This document shows, in pieces, positions 39,464 through 52,362 of a DNA stretch of 64,000 nucleotides (positions are counted from its first letter, which is position 1; each line of letters begins with the position of its first letter). The translations under genes were made by a program, and so were the position numbers. This DNA is from Podarcis vaucheri. Taxonomy: Eukaryota. Location of the stretch: assembly GCA_965113315.1 (NCBI GenBank), contig OZ220372.1, one strand, 5' to 3'. The notes under the pieces were generated by a model that was given only the letters and a program-made list of their open reading frames with translations, was not told where the DNA came from and did not search any database.

Positions 39464-39818
39464 AAGGTAACAGTAAAGAGACCCCTGACCATTAGGTCCA
39501 GTCGTGGCCGATTCTGGGGTTGCGGTGCTCATCTCGCTTTATTGGCCAAGGGAGCCGGCGTACAGCTTCCGGGTCATGTGGCCAGCATGACTAAGCCACT
39601 TCTGGCGAACCAGAGCAGCGCACGGAAACGCCGTTTACCTTCCCGCTGGAGCGGCGCCTATTTATCTACTTGCACTTTGATGTGCTTTTGAACTGCTAGG
39701 TGGGCAGGAGCTGGGACCGAGCAACGGGAGCTCACCCCGTTGTGGGGATTCGAACCGCCGACCTTCTGATCGGCAAGCCCTAGGCTCTGTGGTTTAACCC
39801 ACAGCGCCACCTGCATCC
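39464..39818 (-). mobile_element. Sauria SINE, full length, inside the AT-AC intron
   Basis: Typical body and tail; 16-bp TSD ctacacctggtaagta at 39448-39463 and 39819-39834. Confidence 0.95.
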
Positions 39819-40475
39819 CTACACCTGGTAAGTAGGTGGGCTCAATTAAGTTCAGCTAGTATTTTTGAGCATACTTTAATCTGAACACTGCTTAAATTCT
39901 ATTGAAACTAGTAGGAGTTAATTTTCCCATTGATTTCAACATGGTTGTAGTTGGAATGGAGCCATCACGGGTGGCTGCAGAACCAAGCAGCAGCTTTCAA
40001 GGCTAGTGATCACACTTAATGAGCAAGCTCCAGGAGCAGTTAGCCAGGGGTAAGACCTACTGGAAGCAATGGGACATAAGTTAGTCACAACCACCTTGAG
40101 CAAAATTAGGGCTACAATCTACATATTTTTTCCAGCACTGTTGCTGCAGAGCTAAAATTTGTCTACCAAAGGAGAAACTTACTGTTATATTAAATGTGTC
40201 TTCATAGTTTCGTTCTTCCTTGCAAGTTTTTTAAATAACCACTCTTTCCCCCACAAACATACACTCCACTGCCCCAATGTAAATCTCCCTGAAGCCTGTT
40301 GGTATCCTGTGCATCTATGTCATGGTTCTGTTCCAGAACAAGAGTCCCTGCAACTGTAAAAAGCAAACACGTGCCCACATGGGAAGAAGTAGCTCCCGTA
40401 ATAAGCAGTTTCACCCTGGCATTTTGGAGCTGCAATGCACATCTTTCTGTACCATTCACTGGCTTACAGCAAATA

Positions 40476-40754
40476 CAGTGGTGCCTCGCAAGACGAAATT
40501 AATCCATTCCGCGAGTCTCTTCGTCTTGCGGTTTCTTCGTCTTGCGAAGCACGGCTATTAGCGGCTTAGCGGCTATTAACGGCTTAGCGGCTTTAAGAAA
40601 AAGGAAACAAACTCGCAAGAACTTGCAAGACGTTTCGTCTTACGAAGCAAGCCCATAGGGAAATTCGTCTTGTGGAACGACTCAAAAAACGGAAAACTAT
40701 TTCGTCTTGCGCGTTTTTTGTCTTGCGAGGCATTCGTCTTGCGGGGTACCACTG
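40476..40754. mobile_element. Tc1/mariner-superfamily MITE
   Basis: TIR cagtggtgcctcgcaagacgaa / ttcgtcttgcggggtaccactg, TA TSDs, repeated internal cgtcttgcg motifs. Confidence 0.88.
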
Positions 40755-41283
40755 TAAGTCCATTGGTCCATCTCACACAGTATTAATGTATTATGGTACA
40801 CAAAGCACATGGTCCACCATTGACCTAGGACTCCTTCCTTAATTGGGCTTCTATTTTGCAAATGCTAATGAAACCAACAGCATCTTCATCTACACAGAAC
40901 TGTGTAGGGACATACTTCAGAGTGAAGACTATTTTCAGGTTCTAAAGAGAGTTTAACTAAATAGCAAGTCTGATTTCTCTTTCCGTCTTATGCCTGGTAC
41001 CCCTGTGCTTTTTCTTTCCACCTCCTTTCCAGCAATTGAGGAGGCATCTAGAAAAATGCACACAATCAATCCATATAGCACTTACCAAACAACAGTACAC
41101 AATTGTAATTAGCAGCACATTAACTTGCCATTGCTTTTGCCATGCTTTCCATTAGAACGTATGCTAAATTCTTCCCACCCCAAAGAACTACTAAAGCAAA
41201 CCCTCTGCATCAATTCACTGTTGGAAAAATGTAAACCACAAGAACTGTACAGCCCAGTACAACCTCTACCAGAACAAAGATAT

Positions 41284-41396
41284 ATTTGACTTCTTTAGGT
41301 TGCAGTAGGACAGGTGGAAAGTTGCTGCAGTCACATACAGCATCCACAACCAGGAGCAGGAGATTGCTGTTGGTAATTTGCTGCACCACAAACATC
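41284..41396 (-). CDS. CACNA2D4: CACNA2D4 exon
   Basis: MFVVQQITNSNLLLLVVDAVCDCSNFPPVLLQPKEVK(Y); 113 nt. Confidence 0.96.
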
Positions 41397-42752
41397 CTGT
41401 AAGGGCAAGAAGACCCCCCCCCCAAGAGACTATGGTCAGAACAGAAGGTTACAGAATACTCCCCTTGCCCCTTCCAGAGGTGTCTTTTTCCAGCAGGAAC
41501 TGAGTTCCAGCACCTCTCAGGTGGGTGCCATTGCCGTTCTAAGATAACAAGGGAGGTGAGTTCCAACACTTCTTTTTCTAAAAAGAATAGCACTCCCCTT
41601 CCCTTCCCACCACCACAAACAAGCACATGGTTCAAGCAATAGGAGACAGCAAGAATTAAAGCAAATAGGAAGGGGGCAGAGGAAAATGTATTTAGTTAAT
41701 AAATGGGAATACTATTAGGGAATATTCAGAACTGAGTTGAAGACTGCCACTTTCAATTACACAAATACAATTTTATTGCATTGGAGGCAGAATGGTTGAG
41801 AAACTTGAGCTGTGGTTTATAAAGCAGGGACAAATCCTTGTGTACTGCGGACTAATCTGTTAATACTGTAGTGCAGCTCTTGTGTAAATGGATTGATATG
41901 ATGCTTGACTCTGAATGGGAATGTAGCATCTACATACTGTGTGTGTGTGTCCATGCACAATTCAGAGGTTGTAGGTTTTTAGTGTTCATCTTCAATGTAC
42001 TCTGCATTATAAGCATAGTGCTCATGCATGGAAGGGCCTAAAGAAGAACTAATTATGTATGTATTGAAGCACATTAGCTTAAGTACACCACAGTTATGTG
42101 TGCCAAGGCAGGATTACAGATTCAGAGTGTGTTCAAGCCAGTGTAAATGTATGTACAGGACTGACCTGCGTATTAAAGTGTATGTGTGGGGAGACCAACC
42201 CTATACAGCTATGCATGGAAACCACATTCAAAGAATGACTATAAAGCCCCATATGTCCTGACTTCCATGCAAGTGGCCCAATACTGAGGGATCAGCTGGT
42301 GACGTGGACAGACTCTGCTCACATGACACTGAGGCTACAACTCCATTCTGTGTCTGCTCCCATCTCTAGCCATGAATGTGGTGCAGTATTTGGACTGTGA
42401 GCTTGAATTCTCATTTATTGTGTATGTGTCATTTTCATAGTTACTATTAATTATTTTCTGACAACATAAAGTATTCATGTTCAGCTAATATGGAAAATGC
42501 ATCCTAAACATGCCTATAGCCAGAAAGACCAATAGTCCTCTACTGCCCTCTGCTGGGGGACTATGAGTGGTGTGTACTTAGCTAAAAGCAAAAAGTTCCA
42601 TCTTAATATTTAGCACCTGAATTTTAGTTCTTAGATCACCTCCTATAGGCTTGTGGAGGCTTTATTCAAATGGCCGTCTCTGCAAACAGAATCCTGCCAG
42701 CTGTACCCAGCTGGGTACCATGTCTGAGTTAATGGAATCATTTAAAAGCCAC

Positions 42753-42796
<44 letters not shown>
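42753..42796. repeat. (ATA)n microsatellite
   Basis: About 14 units. Confidence 0.95.
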
Positions 42797-42798
<2 letters not shown>

Positions 42799-42899
42799 CA
42801 TGCTTCATGGGCATAATCTTAGGGCTGGTTCAGATGTTACATTTGAGTGATAAGCTTTTCCTTCAGCAACACTCCCTGCAGAAGTGGCAACATCTAGAA

Positions 42900-43184
42900 C
42901 AGTAGTTATCAAACTCCACCCCCCAGTCCACTTGAAATTTGCTGAGGGTCTTGGGGAACCACTTAATGATATCTCTACCTGCTGTAGCAGTTGCAATTCC
43001 ACAGAATTCAATTTGTAATACAATAAAATACAATATTAAGAAAATAAAGGAAGTGATAACAATGCAATTAAAAATTGACACAAAAGTAAATGCAAAGGAT
43101 GTATGATTTCCCATCTTCAGCCACAAATTCACAGACACCTTGAGAACCACTTGTGGTCCACAGACCTCACTTCAGGAACCCCTG
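42900..43184. mobile_element. Old hAT-type MITE
   Basis: CAG...CTG termini with degenerate TIRs; 8-bp TSD atctagaa / atctggaa. Confidence 0.6.
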
Positions 43185-43654
43185 ATCTGGAAGCTTCCCA
43201 CCTGGTTCAACCACCCAAGTGAATGAAGCATCCAACTCCCAGCACCATAATTCCCAATGGTGTTAGTGTGGGATGCTGAAATAAGAAGCTGTTAGATGTC
43301 AGAGCTGTGAACATTACATGAAAATACTAATGTCTGAATTAGTCCTAAGCTTCCTTACAATAATCATGTAAGTTAGATCAGTTAGGGGGCAGGAGGGGAG
43401 GGAGAGACAGAGAGAACAATTTTCTGGAGATCACTTGCTGAGTTCATGGCTGAGCTAAGAAATTGTCCCATGCGCTTTAACCATTATGTTTATACCAACC
43501 ATCATAGGAATTGCTTCAGAAGCTATTTGGTATCAGTAGCTACACAAGAGAGACATGTGTTGCTAAGAGCAAGGCTGAGCTTATTTGCACAAGACAAAGT
43601 ATTCAAATCTAATTTGCTCCTAGTATGGTGTACCTGCAACCAATGCCCTGACAG

Positions 43655-43790
43655 AAGGGCTTTTTTCAGCTGGAACTCACCAGAACTCCGTTTCAGCACT
43701 GCTCAGGTGGGTACCATTGCCATTATAAGAGAACAAGGGAGGAATTCATGGTGAGTTCTGGCACCTCTTTTTCTAGAAAAAATAGCACTG
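43655..43790. repeat. Short interspersed non-autonomous element (second copy ~41477-41594)
   Basis: Shared ggaact...ctcaggtggg..ccattgcc.tt.taaga.aacaagggagg...ctctttttcta.aaa..atagcact in both copies. Confidence 0.7.
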
Positions 43791-44261
43791 CTTGACCGTA
43801 TAAATGAGAGAGAAGAAAAGATAATGCCTAAGGCAGGGCTGACAGTTCTCAAACTCACTATAGCCAGACTTGAGTCTGTCTGTTTTTGGGAACCAGCATC
43901 AAATGCCCAGATTTTTTGGTGCCAGTATTCAGTGTTTAGGCACACTGAGCCTAATGTTGGCAAAGTAGAGTTCTTACAGGTAAACATGCCTCTCAGCCCT
44001 TGCATGCATTTTAGAATGAGTGATGTAAGTTCTCTAAATGAGGGACAATCTCACATGGGAAAACACTCTATGGAGAGCTTTGTGTGAAAAGAAGATTGCC
44101 TTGAAAAGAAATGGATGTTGAACAGAATTAACATATCTGTGGGCCCTCATGGATATGAATTATTTGGAACAGGAATGCTCTACACTGAAGCAAATGCCCT
44201 AACCTATAAAGAAAAAAACATGATCATGTTCAGTTTTGCCTGTCTTTCTAAAGGGAATTCA

Positions 44262-45005
44262 CAGAACCACAGAATTATAGAGTTGGAAGGGACCTCAAGG
44301 GTCATTAGTCCAATCCCCTGCAATACAGGAATCTCAGTTAAAGCATCCATGGCAGATGACCATCTAGGTAAAGGACCCCTGACAGTTAAGTCCAGTTGGG
44401 TGCTGGTTGCGGTGCTCATCTCGCTTTACTGGCCGAGGGAGCCGACATTTGTTCGCAGACAGTTTTTCCGGGTCATGTGGCCAGCATGACTAAACCGCTT
44501 CTGGGGAACCAGAGCAGCGCACGGAAACGCCGTTTACCTTCCTGCCAGAGCAGTACCTACTTATCTACTTGCAGTTTTACATGCTTTCGACCTGCTAGGT
44601 TGGCAGTAGTTGGGACCGAACAACGGGAGCTCACCCCGTTGTGGGGATTTGAACCAACCTTCTGATTGGCAAGCCCAAGGCTCAGTGGTTTACACCACAG
44701 CGTCACCTGTGACTGTTTAAAAACCTCTGAGGAAGGAGAGTTCACCACCTTCCAAAGAGTCCATTCTACTGTCAAACAGCTCTTACTGTCAGAAAGTTCT
44801 TCCTGATATTTAGATGGAATCTCTTGTAATTTGATTCCATTGGTTTGCATTCTAACCTCCAGAGCAAACAAGTTTGCTCCAACTTCCAATATTCCTTTAG
44901 ATATTTGAAGATGGCTATCATCTCTTCTCTCGGTCTCCTTTTTCCCAGGCTAAATATACCCAGCTCCCTCAACCATTCCTCATAAGGTTGGTTTCCAGAC
45001 CCTCA
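44262..45005 (-). mobile_element. CR1 LINE 3' fragment interrupted by a Sauria SINE
   Basis: Homologous to 25474-26048 on both sides of the SINE. Antisense ORF MRELGIFSLGKRRPREEMIAIFKYLK is the CR1 ORF2 C-terminal motif. Confidence 0.85.
44366..44710 (-). mobile_element. Sauria SINE nested in CR1
   Basis: Same body as 39464-39818, more diverged. Confidence 0.9.
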
Positions 45006-45404
45006 CAAGGCCTGGTTTCCAGTGAAGAGTGTGGCTGAGGAGAGTTCTAAGGACCAGACAGAGAGACTTGGAGGGCAAAATGTGGTTCTGGGTCTGAGGT
45101 CCCCCACCCGTGCACTAGGCAAAGAGTGTGTTCAAGGCAGACCTTGGTAGCTGGCAGGTTCATGTAGAAGGGAGTGGTCTGTGAGGGACCTGGGTCCTAA
45201 GCAATTGTCACTACTATTGTTACTAACCAACTTGAATTGAGGCTGGAATAGTTCATAGTTGCAGGCAATTCAGAAGAAATTGTGGAAAATAAGAGGCATT
45301 GTAAGGATAACAAGGGACAGTTAGTTTGCTTGGAGATCAGACTAACCAGGGAGAACTGAGAGGCACAGGTAGGAGAAAAGGAAGAAAGAGAGCACATTTC
45401 TTAC

Positions 45405-45522
45405 TTCTGACAGTCTCCGCATTCAATAATCCCATTGGTCTCTTTGATGGCAGGTTCATATACAAACACTGGGTATTCTGTGTCACATGGCTGTAGCATG
45501 TCGTGCTTCTTGTGCTTGTGAG
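45405..45522 (-). CDS. CACNA2D4: CACNA2D4 exon (start of delta region)
   Basis: [38 protein letters not shown](K); 118 nt; AG/GT boundaries. Confidence 0.96.
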
Positions 45523-48500
45523 CTGAGATGGGGAAAAAGAGGATGAGTGAGAAAATCGGGTGAAGGAAACAAATGAGGTGTGGGAAAAAGAAGCGGAAAG
45601 ATGTTGACCCAAAAACGAAGATTACTGGCAGCCACTAGGTGGTGTGGGAGACTCAGTGTATGAGGATGCCCTAGAAGCATGAATTTGGCCACCCTTCAGC
45701 CAATGGTCGGATTATGTAGCTATCAGTCTGGCAGGCTGTTTACTGCTAGAAAGTCAAAACACACAAACAAGTGGGAAACCACTTGCAGTTAGTTCATGGT
45801 TAGAATCAAACCAGCTGGCCAAGACATTACTAGGTGGCTCATATGGGGGAAACAGGAAGACTTTTTACTAAAGACAGTGACTGCATGAAATATAGCGGGC
45901 TGGGCTGGGCTGGTACAGCACCAATATTTAGTGATTGCAGCTAATTACGTAAGAAGGAAGCTTTACTAGAAAGAAAGTCCACTACCCAGCTCCCACTAGC
46001 CAACATATGAACTGACTACTTGCAGTGGAAAGATCTACATTTTGGGGACCCTGAAGCTTGAACTGTTACGGGGGCCCTTCGGAATCAGCAACAAAGCCTG
46101 AGTAATCACTGTTATCTCCTTCAATGGGGTTGTTCCATGACAGATCACCAAACCTTTACAACACCTGTGCTACTGACTGTCAGACTTTGGTATTGTTGAA
46201 ATATATTTATAAATAATGACTTTTGAAGTTTTTGGAAAGCTGAAATCCAAAACATTTAAGAAAGCATAAATATTGTTTAAAATATTTATGTTATTAACTG
46301 AGTATACAAAACTATTTTAATTGTGTTGCATGTCAACATTTTTAACATTTAGGTGCAATATTTATTTATTTTAAAGAAACACCAGGTGTCATTGTGACAT
46401 TTTGAAGGACAATGTATGATGTTTAGATTTGAGGATAGCTGAGATAATGTGTGGATATGTTTGCACAGAGAAAAAAATAATCACCTGCCAGATAGTCAGG
46501 GAGTGGGTGAACTGGTTGGTCATCAATAACAGCAGAAGTTTGCATTTGATAAAACTAACAGTGGGGCTGCTGTTCTTCAAACAGAGAAATGCTCAAAATG
46601 CTGTTGGACATTTGCATCACACTGGCCTGAGGGAGAAAAGCTGTGCTGGCATTTATTCTCTTGTGCAATGACGACAACTCAGAGACGCAAAGATATTGCA
46701 AATGTCACACAAACATGTATAGAGTCTGTGTCACTCATTGGGAGTTGAAACAGTGACAACTATCCAAAAAACACACCCTTTTCTAGTTTGTTTTTAATCT
46801 ATCCATTTTTATCTCCCTGCCCTTCAAGGAGCTCAGGATCCTCTTATCATCACAACTCCCTTCTCAGGTAGGTAAAACCTGTGAACTCTTGGAATTGGAA
46901 TCAAGCAGGTGATTGAGCCTGTCCAACACTCTAACCACCCTGGCTCTCTCACAAATCTGTGACTGTAGCTTTTGTGAAAATTGCAGTGCTCTAATCTGGA
47001 TACAAAGCTTGCAACACCATTGCACACAAAATAAAGACTTGTGTAGCCCATCTGTCAAGCACCAGTGAAGCGGGGAGAGAGAACTGGACTCGCCTTTCCT
47101 TGTTGCTTCCTGCTGGGAAGTGAGTATCAGAGCTCCCATTGCTTTGTCACAATGGTACCTGTCCTTCCTGAAGGGTTTGCAAGTGACTGAATCTCTGCTT
47201 CAGTGAAACCATCACTGACAATCTGATTCCTCCCATTGCTTTTCTTTGCCTGTAATGTTGTTCACCAAGTTTCCCTCAACGTAACTATGCAGCAGATTCC
47301 CTGTTCTAATCTTTCAACTATGAAGGAAGCAGCAGGCTATTTTAACACAACCTCCCTCAACTGGGATTAAAACCGAAATAAATTTATGCCAGATGGTGCA
47401 ATGAGTATTGTAAACAACACCTACTTGTTTTCCTAGGTCTTATTAAGTTTCCATGCTGTATAGCAAGGATTTGTCCAGTCCTGCATAGGTCACCCCGATG
47501 TTTTGCATTACCCCTCTGCCCTAAATTGGTTGTCTTGTCTAAGGTCTTCTAGATAAGATTTGAACCTGGAACCCCTCAACTCACCAACTCCCTAGAAACT
47601 AATAAAGGTCGCTGATTAGACAGCTTGTCTACAATGTGACAAAATGTAGGTGGACAGGAGTCTTAACCACAGTGCAACCCGGATTGGGTGAGCCAAATTT
47701 AGCATCTGTATAGATAGACCCCACATTTAGCACTCAATATATCTTCTAGGTTTCTCTTCTAGTGCAGTGTACCTTACTAAAACCAAGAAATTACCCAACA
47801 TGGAAAATATGTGGCCTATCCAGGATGCAAAACTGTGAGTTATAGCCGTACAGTTACATGTCCACAACCAGCTCACTCTACATATCCAAACTTTGACTCT
47901 CCTTCTCCTCAAGGTAGAACTGCATTAGTGTCATGTGTGGAAGGGAAGATCCACAGCATGCTTGCCATCTTCTTACTGCGTTTCATTCACAAATAACATT
48001 TGCTCCCGGAGCCACAGAGATTCATTCTGTTCAAACTCCCTTTTGTCTCTCTGTTAAACCACACTTTAACTGGATCGGAAGTGAATTTCCTCATACTCCA
48101 AACAGTTCCTTGGACACAGAGCAATAACAGCAATAAATTGAGCCTGAGGAGAGGGAACAAATTCAGTCAGCTTCAACACAGTGAAGCCACTGCTACATTT
48201 GGGGCAGGGCATTCCCTTCCCCCCTCATCCCCCAGTTTCATTCCACAGATGAGCATGAATTAACACCTGAGCAGCATCGGCAAAAAGGAGCAAAATGTCA
48301 CTGCCATCCTGATATTTGCAGTCACATTGATCCGGAAAAATAACAACAGAGATAGGTTTTAAATTGCTGGCATTTCACTGTCAGCAGGGCAGCCCAAAGA
48401 TATTTTTTTTCTAGCCCAAGCAGCCGTCCATGTGACCAGAGATCAGCACCTCTGCACCATTTTATGATACTGCAAAGGGCCTTGAGTTTCTGTATCTCTG

Positions 48501-51077
48501 CTTTCCTAAGTCATATATTATTAAATATACAAGACCACTGAGTGGTTTACGCAAAATTGTATGAAATCTCTCTCACAGATTGCTAGATGTTACAGCACGG
48601 GCACAGGACAGCTGCTCCCCAGTGGGGGCTGGTGTCTATTGTGATAGGCAGGTCGTAAGGCATGGATGCCAACAGTAGGAGGAGCCAGAGCTGATGATAA
48701 GCAGAACTAATTCTAGTTTAACCCCAATCCTCCTCCACAGAAGGGCAACAGTGGCACTTCAAAGAAACTGACAGGCAGGGCCAGCCCCTAGACTGGTTGT
48801 AAGAAAGAAGGCAGTTGGGAGCTGGTTGCCGTTGGTAGGGCAGTGCTCTAGTGGCCTAATAGATCAGCGCCCACTGCCTTCTCTGTCTTCCAGCCCTCAT
48901 GGGTTGGGTACGTTGGGGAAATAACTAAATCCCCAAATACTACTCTCCACCAGTTACTCCTATGCCGCTGTCCTACTTCCCCAATTCCTCCGAGGCTTAT
49001 AAGCCACCAGCAATAGTCTGGAGGTTTGGAGCCTCTTATCCCCACCCTTTATTTATTTATTTATTTAATTGAATTTATATACCGCCGTCTCAGGGCAGTT
49101 CACCCTTATCTACCTGTAGCCCCTCCTGGCTGATTACTGGCTGGGCTACTCATGAGCAAGCAACCAGTTTAACAACTTCTTTGCCACAGGAGCTTTAGCA
49201 ACTGCTGGTGTTTGGAATTTGGGAAGGAAATAATATCTCTTGCCAGGATATCATAGAGAAGGTTTTTCCTCTCCTTGCCTAAGGGCAGGCTGGTGCTCAG
49301 CTGACCTGGGAAGTACCCTCACATGCCCCAGCTCTTACATGTTGAAGCTTTAGTGACATATTGGAACATGGGAAGTTACTGGACTATCTAGCTCAGTTTG
49401 GCTACACTGATTGGCAGCAGCTCCTCAGGGTTTCAGGCCAAAGCTATTTTCAGCCCTACCTGGGAAATAAGGATTGAACTTGGTGTCTTCTTCATGCAAA
49501 GCAGATGCTACACCACTGAGCTATGACCCATCCCCTGTTGTTGGATTTACTGGCAGCTAATCATGATGACAAATGGTGTGAACTATGCAAAGAGTTTTAA
49601 TATTTATCTTGGTTAGGTATATCTTATTGACATAAGGGCAGCTCCCATATTTCTTATTTCTATAGACAAGCCATTTATCAGCCAGCCTTTGTCTAAATGG
49701 TGGAGGGAGATTAAAGGGCCAGAGCTGCTTATTCAGCCAACCTGTAATCATATCTGCTTCTCTAACATAAATAAATTATGAGAAAGTTGAATGAACTTAT
49801 TTATTGAAGTTGCTCTAGCGATCAGAACCTGACTATCTGCAGTTTTCTGAATAATACAGTTTTGCTGGATTTCCAGTTGAGTGATTACCACCTGTCCTCA
49901 TGCAATTCTGCAAACAGGCTGAAGTTTCTTTCTGAAAGAGTCTTGCCCACCTCTAGCTAATTATCTCTACTTGCATTTTGTACCTACTGAGAATGCAAGA
50001 ATGTCCTCTCGTGTTTCTTTCTGAGCTCCATATTTGACCTGGATCCTCTGATTATTATGGATCCTTTTAGAGCAACCATAGTACATGGGAGCTCTGGTTG
50101 GGGCTCAACTAAGGTTACCTCCCTTCCTGCATGATGCAACCACCACCATGTCTTTTCTCTTGCACGAGTGGCACCTCCCTAGTCCACCCTTCCTCCTTTC
50201 TTCATCATCCCGCTATTGTTGGGTTTACTGGTAGCATGCTAATTATCATGCAAACACTTAGGCCTGGCCTGATTCAATTACCACTCATGAACAATTGAAC
50301 AGAGGAAAGAACTCCTTGAAGTTCTTACTCTACCTCTAGACCTTGGGATACCAAGCGTTATTTGAGACATCAGGCACCAACTCCAGAAGCAGCACCTATT
50401 GGTCTGGCCTAGTATCACAGATAGCAAGATCAGAACCTGATTAAAAGCGCCATAGGAAGGCCTATGCATTTGTATAATGTGTAAATGTACTGAGAATGAA
50501 ATGGGGGGGGGGAGCGGAAGAATAGAAGATGGAACGCTGATAAACCTTGCAACTTTTCAAATACTGATTTGTTCCTTTATAATGGACCAAGCTTGTTGTA
50601 AAATATCATTAATATTGAAGAGCAAGACTTGCAAATATCAATATAAGATTCACTTTAGCAGCGTCCAACAGAATTCTCCACCCATTGCCTATTGCCCAGT
50701 AAGAACTGCTGCCATGCAACCTTAATTCATTTCAGTAAGGCTTGTATGGGTGAACCCGCATGCTTTGCACAAGCTGTTGTTGTTTGCACATATTGGCACA
50801 TCCCTAGAGCTACTGCACATCTTTATATTCAAGGTTATAGTTGGACCAGCAAGTGCAGAAACTTGCAGTGAAGTATGCCAATCACACAGTGAGTGGTAGC
50901 ACAATAATTAAACAAATAGTGATAACTCTGTTTTCAAATAGGCAGTCACAGCTAATTCCTGAACAGCTGTGAAGTGGGAAAGAAATTGCCCCCAGTTTTC
51001 TGGGCAAATCTGCTTAGGTGTTCTCCTGTTTCCAGAAAATGGAGATCTTTTTGCTGTACTATAATGATTCTACTTAC

Positions 51078-51098
51078 CATGATGGAAAACAGCCTTGG
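51078..51098 (-). CDS. CACNA2D4: CACNA2D4 21-nt microexon
   Basis: tatag|CCAAGGCTGTTTTCCATCATG|gtaagt = (A)KAVFHH(A), matching mammalian AKSVFHHS; phase 1-1. Confidence 0.88.
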
Positions 51099-52306
51099 CT
51101 ATATAGGTTGCATGGCATAACATGTGATGCAGATGAATCCATGATGATAATCACAAGATGGTGGTAGAATTCCATGGTGAAGACACATGAATAGGAAGAA
51201 TGGGAAATGAAGAAAGAAAGAGGAAGAATGACATGGTGGTGAAATGAAGAAATAATTGTTCACAATAGTAACAATGAGTGTGAGACTACTCCTTAAAATT
51301 CACCTGCCTTTACAGTTAACTAAACTGCTGTTTCATGAGAAATATGTTTTATTGTCTTATATCCTTCTTTTCTTCACATAAGCCTATGTGAAGTGAATGT
51401 GATTTGCTTAAAAATACTAGAATATTTGACACTGAAAGCTTTGGCCTGCACACTCCTAAATGTTTAGGAGCAGGCAATGCTTTCAGAAACAAGTACAATA
51501 TTGGAAGTACACCCTGGACTAGAGAGAGACAGCTATTCTATCTGGTTAAAATATGTGTAAGCAACATAATGTATGTAACCAGCATATTACTGTTGCCAAA
51601 CCCTAGAAGGCAGTACCATAAGTAACATTTGCTGTATGAGATTGTGCTTTTGAAATGATTTCTGCCATTTATTATTATTAAATGAAACGTATTAAGAATT
51701 AATTATATTTAGAAAGTTCTTTCTTTCTTTCTTTCACTAAAGACTGCCTGTGTTTTTCTACTTTTAGCTTACATTGCTGTTATGTTTCAAAAATTACCTC
51801 CAAGATACGGAGGACTGGAATGGAAGGAATAAAGTTTCGTAATTTTAAGAGCTCATAGACAAAGCGACACTTGCTCAGAGTGCATGTGATCCACAGACCA
51901 CAAGTTACCCACATTGCTGTTTTAGACACTGTACCACAGGCTTTTAGGGGTCTTAACACTGACACCCTTCCCTGCACGTTCCAAGCAAAGTGCATGTAGA
52001 TGAAAGAACTGGCCCACTGCTTCAGCAAATAGTTGTTAGTAGTCTTCCATCCACTTCATGGGATACCCCAACACAGACCACATATATGAGCTGACACAGT
52101 TGACAGTGTTATTAAACCTTGCCAGTATATTCCAGGGTGTCTCAATAAAGGTGAAATGGAAGCTGGCGAATAGATTCTCAGTGCCAACAGGGTGACAATG
52201 TCTCTGGATTGTGCTAAATTGCATTCGTATGTGTGATTCCTTCATCCAAGCCCAGTGGCTGCAAAATTGTGTGTGCTGTGAGCTGGCTGCATTCCCATAT
52301 ACTCAC

Positions 52307-52362
52307 CATCTGCCAAATTGTCTGTGTGCCAGAAGCCAGATATGTTGAACTCCAGAAAGAAT
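52307..52362 (-). CDS. CACNA2D4: CACNA2D4 exon
   Basis: (I)FFLEFNISGFWHTDNLAD(A); 56 nt; ttttgacag| and |gtgagt. Confidence 0.9.

Larger units (their letters stand above)
39197..41283 (-). other. CACNA2D4: U12-type (minor spliceosome) AT-AC intron of CACNA2D4
   Basis: 5' end ATATCTTT, branch CCTTAAC (39213-39207), terminal AC. Splicing here restores the conserved EVKYNASVKC. Confidence 0.93.
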
